From assembly GCA_004431415.1 (NCBI GenBank), contig QPMI01000431.1, forward strand, positions 1-44,176: 44,176 bases of DNA. Reading direction: 5' to 3'. Under the pieces are notes generated by a model that worked only from the letters and a program-made list of their open reading frames with translations, ran no database searches and had not been told where the DNA came from. The position numbers were made by a program, and so were the translations under genes. Of the stretch, positions 38,205 to 44,176 are shown piece after piece (position 1 is the stretch's first letter; every line of letters starts with the position of its first letter). Source of the DNA: Cyanophora paradoxa CCMP329 (taxonomy: Eukaryota; Plantae; Glaucophyta).

Positions 38205-41200
38205 TTAAAGACCAAATGGAATGCTGTGAATGCCGTCGGCTGATATCTTCCGTTTGCTATCGAGTTGGTTTAGAGCGACCCTTCTGCTCTCCAAGTCATA
38301 TAAGTTGTGGTCTTGCCTTCGCTTGTTTGTTACTGATACTGTTTTTATGATGCCTTCGAACAGACATCTCTTAAAATCATCAAAATGAACCTCTTTCGAG
38401 GAAGTCCCCGACATCTTTACTCTTTCGTTGGTCTCAGTTCTGAAAGCATAGAGTTTCGATCTCAGACCCACATACTCCATGATCTTTGCATTTGGGAACT
38501 CATTTTTATATTTACCTGGAACCATGCGGTTTTTGATACTCACGAGAGGATGGGATTTATCGTAATTGCTCCTATCGAGATACTCACCTATCTCTTTCAT
38601 ATCTTCGTTCAGATTATTGGTTTTCAGGAAAAGACAGAACGAATCGGTATCGTGGAACAGTAATTTAGCGGTTTCCCACTTCTTCCTTACTACATCATAG
38701 AAGAACCGATAGTTATGTAGTTTCGCAAAATCCAAAACGAAAGCGCCAATTGCTACGGGTTTATCTAAGTTCACATGCTTCGAATACATCTCAAAGGCAA
38801 CGGCATTCTCGTTTAATACATTGGTCGCTTTGATAAGCGGACTTGCTGCGTATTTCTTACAGAGTTTCTCACTGTTAGCGATCTTGACAGTTGAGCGACC
38901 CCTGCAAGATTCCAAGCATTTACCGTAAATTGCATTGTTCATGAGTTTAAAGAAGTCGCTTTCGAAATGGTTAGTAGATTCATGCCTGAGAAGAGTATTC
39001 AAACCAATGTAAGACTTCATGAATGGGAAGTAGCGAAAGAGAGAACCTTATTTATTTTCTTGATTTCAACACCCTTCTTAACGATGTAATTAAGAAGAGG
39101 TCGAGCAATCACGTATTTATTCTTGGGTGTAAATGTCGCTGTAAGTTTGGGGTCTTTGCTGATCTTTTCGCCCGTCAGATCTAATAGTTTCTGTTGATAA
39201 TCACCAAGCATCTCATTGGTGATCACTTCTTTATTCACAATCAGTGGGAAATCATAATGTTCTTCAAGCGATGTGGGGTATTCAAGGTCAACTTCAATAA
39301 ATGCGCTTCGACCCTCTACCTCTTTAAGTGCCTCTGTGACATCTTCCCATCGATAATCTCCGATAGGTAGTGGTTGGCTGAGAGCATACCCATAAAGATT
39401 ATTTGCGTCCAACAAAACTATATGATCGTCAGCATTCTCTACCTTTGCGTATCGTGTGGGCATGGTAGCAAATCCACCTCTAATGGCTCTCTCAACAAAT
39501 TCGTATTTCTCTACATCATCGATAAGTTCAATCTTAACTTTCGTATGTTTGAGCATAGCGTCCCAAGAGAGACCTGGTGCGCTAACATAATGTGCGGGAT
39601 CCAATCCATATTGAGAAAACGCCAATTTGCGGAATGCTTCAAACTTTCTCATTAAATCGCCCACATCCACAGATTGGAAATCCATGAAATGGGAAGCATC
39701 AATGAACTTCCACATGCCCCATTGAAGCGATAGGTATTGATCGAAATTCTTGCTCAGAATCTCAACACGAAGTTTATCGTCTTGCTGTGCAATCTTGCGG
39801 AATATTCCGTGTCCGCATTCATCCATGTGATCCACCACAATAGCTACTTTGGTTTGCTTCGAAATTCGCCGGTGGAGGTTACAGTTTCGGCATGCCTTTC
39901 CGATGAAATCGCCGGATTGGTGGCAATGATCTCGAACCGGGAAGTTTTCGTGGGTGAATCTCTGAGAGCAAATGTAACAGTGTTTTGTTACCTTGTATTC
40001 CGCCTTCTGATCATCTGTGAGTGGATGCATCGGAATATTTCTAAATAGCGTCTCAACGATTTCGGGTCTGATATCTTGGAGAGTTACAAAGAGAGAACCG
40101 AGCGGATCGATTCCCTCGAAATGGTATGCTCTCACTTCGTCTCCCATTACCACTCGCAATGAAACCGCTTTAATCTCACGTTTACTCCTCTGAGCATCAA
40201 TAGCGACCGAATGATCTTCGACTTTAACGTAACAGATCACAGGGAGCCACACAGTTTTACGCAAGTGTTGCAGACCGAATTCAATTACGCTTCCCGCTTT
40301 TGGGCATTTGCCTTTGCTCTCCTCCAATCAATGCAGCGATTCGCTTCAACATGCATGTCTAATTTCTCCTGAGTTCTGAAACGCGACAAGCAGGTTTCAC
40401 AGTAGTAAATGCGACCATCACATGCTTTATCAAACGTAGTTTTCAGAAGACGACTAAAAGACATGATAGTAATGTAGTGTCCCCGATCATCTTCGGTGTT
40501 TTCGATAAGTAAAAGATTAATCTTGGTCTTTCTTCTGGGTTACTTGATTGATGGAGAGATAGAAACACTCTTTGGCGTTATCGGCTCCGTAAATGTTAAT
40601 AGAAAGTTCGGGGTTCAGTTCTTCGAATCGATCGATTACCTCAGCATCACAGGCAACGGGAAACTGAATACCATCGAAATTGAGTTCATTTAACCATCGG
40701 CGTATTGGCTCGGTTCGTTACTCTTGTGTTTATTGATGTCCTTTCGATGCAGGTAAGCCAAATCGCATACTTGAAGCAATCTTGCCCGTCGATATTCTTA
40801 ACATTCACCGTCGCTTTCTTGGATGCGATCCATTCGGGAGTTGCGAAATAGCATCCTCCACAGGTGCATAAGACATGATAATGCTCTAAGTATTTCGATC
40901 TTCTCCAAACGGTAACTATCCACTTGCGTCATTTCCTCTTGCATTTTCTGTAACGCTTTGCGAACTTCTGTGTCTATGTTGCGGGATCGGGTAATTACGA
41001 AATAATCGCTGTAAATGAATTTGGTGATATAGATGCGCGGATTACCTACTTTGGTAAATTTGCAAACGAAAGTCAGACGGACTTTAACGGCTCTCAGTTG
41101 CTCTAAGCGGGTTTTAATGCGTTGCGGTAGACTTGGTGCGATTCTTTCGAGGAATTCGATAGCATCACGACAATTCATTTCGGGCGCGATAGGTCAACCA

Positions 41201-41470
41201 CGAATACGCTTGATTCATCGCTTGTCCATCTTCGATATCCGGTTCAATGCTCCTAATCTCTGTCCTTCACCATAAATTCCTCCATTCGTTGCATGCGATC
41301 GTAGAGGTCATTTGCAATCTCAGTGAGTTGACCTAATCGCGGTCGTCTATCTAAGATGGCGGTTCTCTATCGTATTCCGCTTCGGTGATCTCACCTGTAA
41401 CTAGAGAGTTCCTAACAATCCAAGTATTTCATTTTCTTTTCTTTGATCAGTCTGTTGTTTGGCGGGGCAT
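38205..41470 (-). CDS. Protein-primed family B DNA polymerase (Polinton-type, with endonuclease VII-like Zn module), frameshifted; start approximate
   Basis: CFKYAI, HYITIMSFSRLL, YYCETCL, CYIC...VRDHCHQSG...ACRNCNL, YGLDPAHY.SAPGLSWDA, IRGG, LDANNLYG, KLMNNAIYGK, HDTDS, GLRSKLY. Confidence 0.88.
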
Positions 41471-41726
41471 CTTTGCTATAAAGAACATTTTTATTTTGGA
41501 TTTTGAACGCATTAGTTCTAATGATTCTCACCGTTGTTTCCTTTGGATATATATAGTACATAGTTTCTCTTCCGCCTGTTATTGATACCACAATTATACT
41601 TTATGAACTTTGCAACCTCTTCCAATCACCTTCCACAACCGATTGGTTCATTTTGACGCTATTCATTTTCAACTGAGACACACGTTCAATTTTTAATCAC
41701 CAGTCAATTTTTATTTTTTATTCGGT

Positions 41727-41811
41727 TAACGGTGTAACAGGTAAATCCCAAAGTTTCGGATTTTCACCTCCTAGGAGCGAAGTTTGGATTTACCTGTTAC
41801 ACCTGTTACAC
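41727..41811. promoter_or_regulatory. Third copy of the palindromic GTGTAACA module, ~70 bp downstream of the helicase stop; putative origin
   Basis: GGTGTAACAGGTAAATCCCAAAG...TTTGGATTTACCTGTTACACCTGTTACAC next to T-rich DNA. Confidence 0.55.
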
Positions 41812-41878
41812 TTACTGTTTCAGTAAGGTTATAAAAAAAAGTATGAATTATCAGTAAGAATAGTATGTTTTGTTGTAA

Positions 41879-44176
41879 TTAGTTGGAGCCTCTACGTCGT
41901 CGTCATCGTCGTCCTCATCATAATCTTCTTTTCAGTCCGAGTAACCACGCTTCACCTGACCTCTTTCTCGAACAGTTTCAGACTTCACATTAAAGACTTC
42001 GCGGACTCGCTTCCAATACTGGCGGCATCGTTTTATCATCAACAGAACGATAGCCAGTAATGATAGCTTCACTCCTAATGAATCGTTTCGGCTTCCAGTC
42101 TTCTCATAAGTGCTGCGGAGCCACTCCCGATTTTATCGTTATCATTGAAGTATTCCAGTCCTGATCGATATAGACTGTGGCGGATTCATCAGCAGCTGTG
42201 CAAGATCCTGTTTCTTCCACATGTCCAAGAAGATCGACATTTGAGCCATCTTGTATTCGTCGTCATTCATGATGACATAAGTGAAGTATCGCTTTCTTCT
42301 CACCAGGTTGAGGGTTGGGCTTGAAGACGCAAGAGAAACGATAGTAAGAGAGTCGCCGGTAAATCGCAGCTCGGGTTTACTCATCCCCAGGTTCTCATTC
42401 GTCGATAAGAAGATTTGACCCATAGGAATTAGTAACAGGATCTTTGAACAGGGCGCAACCTTCATCTCGTTACCACCTGTAATCTCTTTGATCTTGCTAA
42501 TTTGAAGCTTGTCGCCATCTTCCGCTTCATTTGAAAAGATAATGCGACGACCCAGAATATCCGCAAGTTCAGTGTAGCGTCTGATGCATTCTTTTCGGTT
42601 TCGTCCAATATGACATATTGATTGTTCCGAAATACTGTCGAATTTTGCTTGACCATCTCCTGAACGAGAGATTTCCATTGGCTCCAATTCCAGTCCAGAA
42701 ATTGAACTTTTGAATATCTGTGCGACCACTCAGAGAGAAAGCGATCGAACCATCACGAAATTGCGCTCAATTTCCTCTTCGATGATGTCAGAGTAGATGG
42801 AAAGATCTTGTGACTTTCACAGAATCCACCTCGGGCAATAATCATAACCAACAGTCTACTGATCATGTCTTCTGGGAGTCCCCTTCGGAAAGTCATAGAT
42901 TCAGATCAATACGCATTTGTGAATCCAATCACATTGGTAACAGATCAAGTCTCTCGAAGAATGTCTTATCGTTCATCAGAACTGTGAGATCAGACAGAAG
43001 AGAAGTTCGGTAATTAGTCTGTTTGAGTTTCTTTGCGATACCAAGAAGAACTGTGATCTCTCTCCCAAAGATGGCACGATTCTCTTCATCACGAAGCGCT
43101 CTCTGAGCGAATTGCACAGCAGTTGAAGATAAGGCCGGGCAAACCCTGCAACTCAAACAAGATAGATTCGTTTCCCGTCTCATCCATCTCCAGATTCCGT
43201 AAGCCTCGTTGAACTTGAACCAAGTCTTGTTTGAATACTTGTAGCTGTCTCGCAGAACAAGAAAAGCAACCTGGGCAACATCATAATGTCCGCCATCAGA
43301 TCCAATCGACCGATCAATTAGCTTTTCAATCTGAATCGGTATCAGCTTGAAACGCGAACCGTCATAACTCGCTTCTTGCAATTGGTGCTATATTGAACAA
43401 TATACTTGTCTTTCTCGTTCCCTTGAAGTATATACCAATTGTTGGAGTCATGGCTTCCCTTGCAGCAGGGACAATCAGACCTTTGTTCTCAGCAGTGAAA
43501 CTGTAACCTTCTCGGTCTCATTAAGATTGTGGGTAAGATGAAACCAAATTCTTCAAGTTTCCGGAGAATGTGTTTCTGCAAATCCTCTTCAATGCTCCTA
43601 TCAATAGAAGAGTGTCCGCCTTTCGGAAAAAGGTAGTTGTCAATCATCCACTTTTTGGAGTTCAGCACTCGGTTCGATCAACTCACAGCCTTCCGCCCAA
43701 TGGTTCTCTGATCCAAGTTTACCGGGGCTTGGGGAAACGTTGATCAACCCAGCAGTTCCAGTGGACGCAATTGTCTTACAGTCGATCTTAGGATACCTTT
43801 GAAAGCACCCGCTTTATCCCAGATTTCACAGCATCGAAGTCAGAGGACGAGAGAAGTAAACATGATATCCTTTTTTGGTTTTAGCAAGAGGATTGACACC
43901 ACCGAAATCATCGGGGAATTGCTCCTCGATTTGTGAAATCCCTCTTTGGTCGAAGTCGATAACCACGATATTGCGAGCGAGAATGCCCAAGCACATACTT
44001 ACCGGATTTCAGGGCTTCATCGAATTTATCCCAAGTCCACGATCCGTCTTTATGGGCGAAAGGGGTTTTTTGGTATCGGGATCAACGGGTATTACGATAT
44101 TCTCAGACAGGACATCGTCTTCACGAAGCCAATCAACAAGGCGTTTCAGGATTTCTTGGCGGCAGCGTTCATTTCG
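41879..44176 (-). CDS. Prim-Pol (AEP) + D5_N + SF3 helicase, heavily frameshifted, 5' end at or beyond window edge
   Basis: LGILARNIVVIDFD and TKKGYHVYF (~43855-43990), HYDVA...FFERLD-NVIGFTN-FRRGLPEDMIS (D5_N), FWTGIGANG-S (Walker A, ~42670-42700), GRRIIFSNE...IKEITGGN; acidic tail, stop at 41879. Confidence 0.85.

Larger units (their letters stand above)
22234..44176. mobile_element. AT-rich Polinton/Maverick-like element; right end outside window
   Basis: rve integrase plus pPolB (the defining Polinton pair) and a PrimPol-D5 helicase; repeat-rich left terminus. Confidence 0.8.

Noticed and set aside
38048-38350. 100-aa plus-strand ORF between integrase and pPolB
   Set aside because: About half overlaps the pPolB 3' end antisense. 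The 5' part may be a real small gene but cannot be delimited.
1-44176. Alternative genetic code explaining broken genes; tRNA or rRNA genes
   Set aside because: Breaks are frame changes, not in-frame stops, and long ORFs read through in the standard code. No cloverleaf or rRNA-like sequence was recognised by eye.

Overview
Eukaryotic-virus DNA with two compositionally distinct parts joined sharply at 22233/22234. (A) 1-22233 is GC-rich (about 60-70% by eye) and looks like a small Nucleocytoviricota relative (mriyavirus/Yaravirus-like, not a classic PLV). It encodes an A32-type packaging ATPase, RuvC/A22-like resolvase, NCLDV-type double-jelly-roll major capsid protein, DUF5767-like and DUF2738-like (SSB) proteins, one HNH-AP2 gene plus an AP2 fragment at the left edge, and many small membrane or Zn-finger ORFs. 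It also holds a ~2.5 kb inverted duplication, a dispersed regulatory module and a 21-22 bp-phased iteron array. No replicase is visible in this part. (B) 22234-44176 is AT-rich (about 35-45% GC by eye) and Polinton/Maverick-like. It encodes an rve integrase, a protein-primed PolB with apparently dead exonuclease motifs, a Prim-Pol/D5/SF3 helicase, a ~2,600-aa phage-type fibre, two fibre-like paralogs, a patatin-discoidin fusion and a SAM decarboxylase. No capsid is visible in this part. Part B starts with a ~290-nt imperfect hairpin that cuts off an ORF of part A. Both parts share an upstream W-rich TTTC(T) promoter-like motif and the octamer GTGTAACA/TGTTACAC in origin-like arrays. The leading hypothesis (inference) is a nested virus-in-virus or helper-satellite system with complementary gene sets. 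Many genes near both window ends are broken by single-base deletions that look like long-read errors. All family assignments come from motif recognition by eye; no database search was run.
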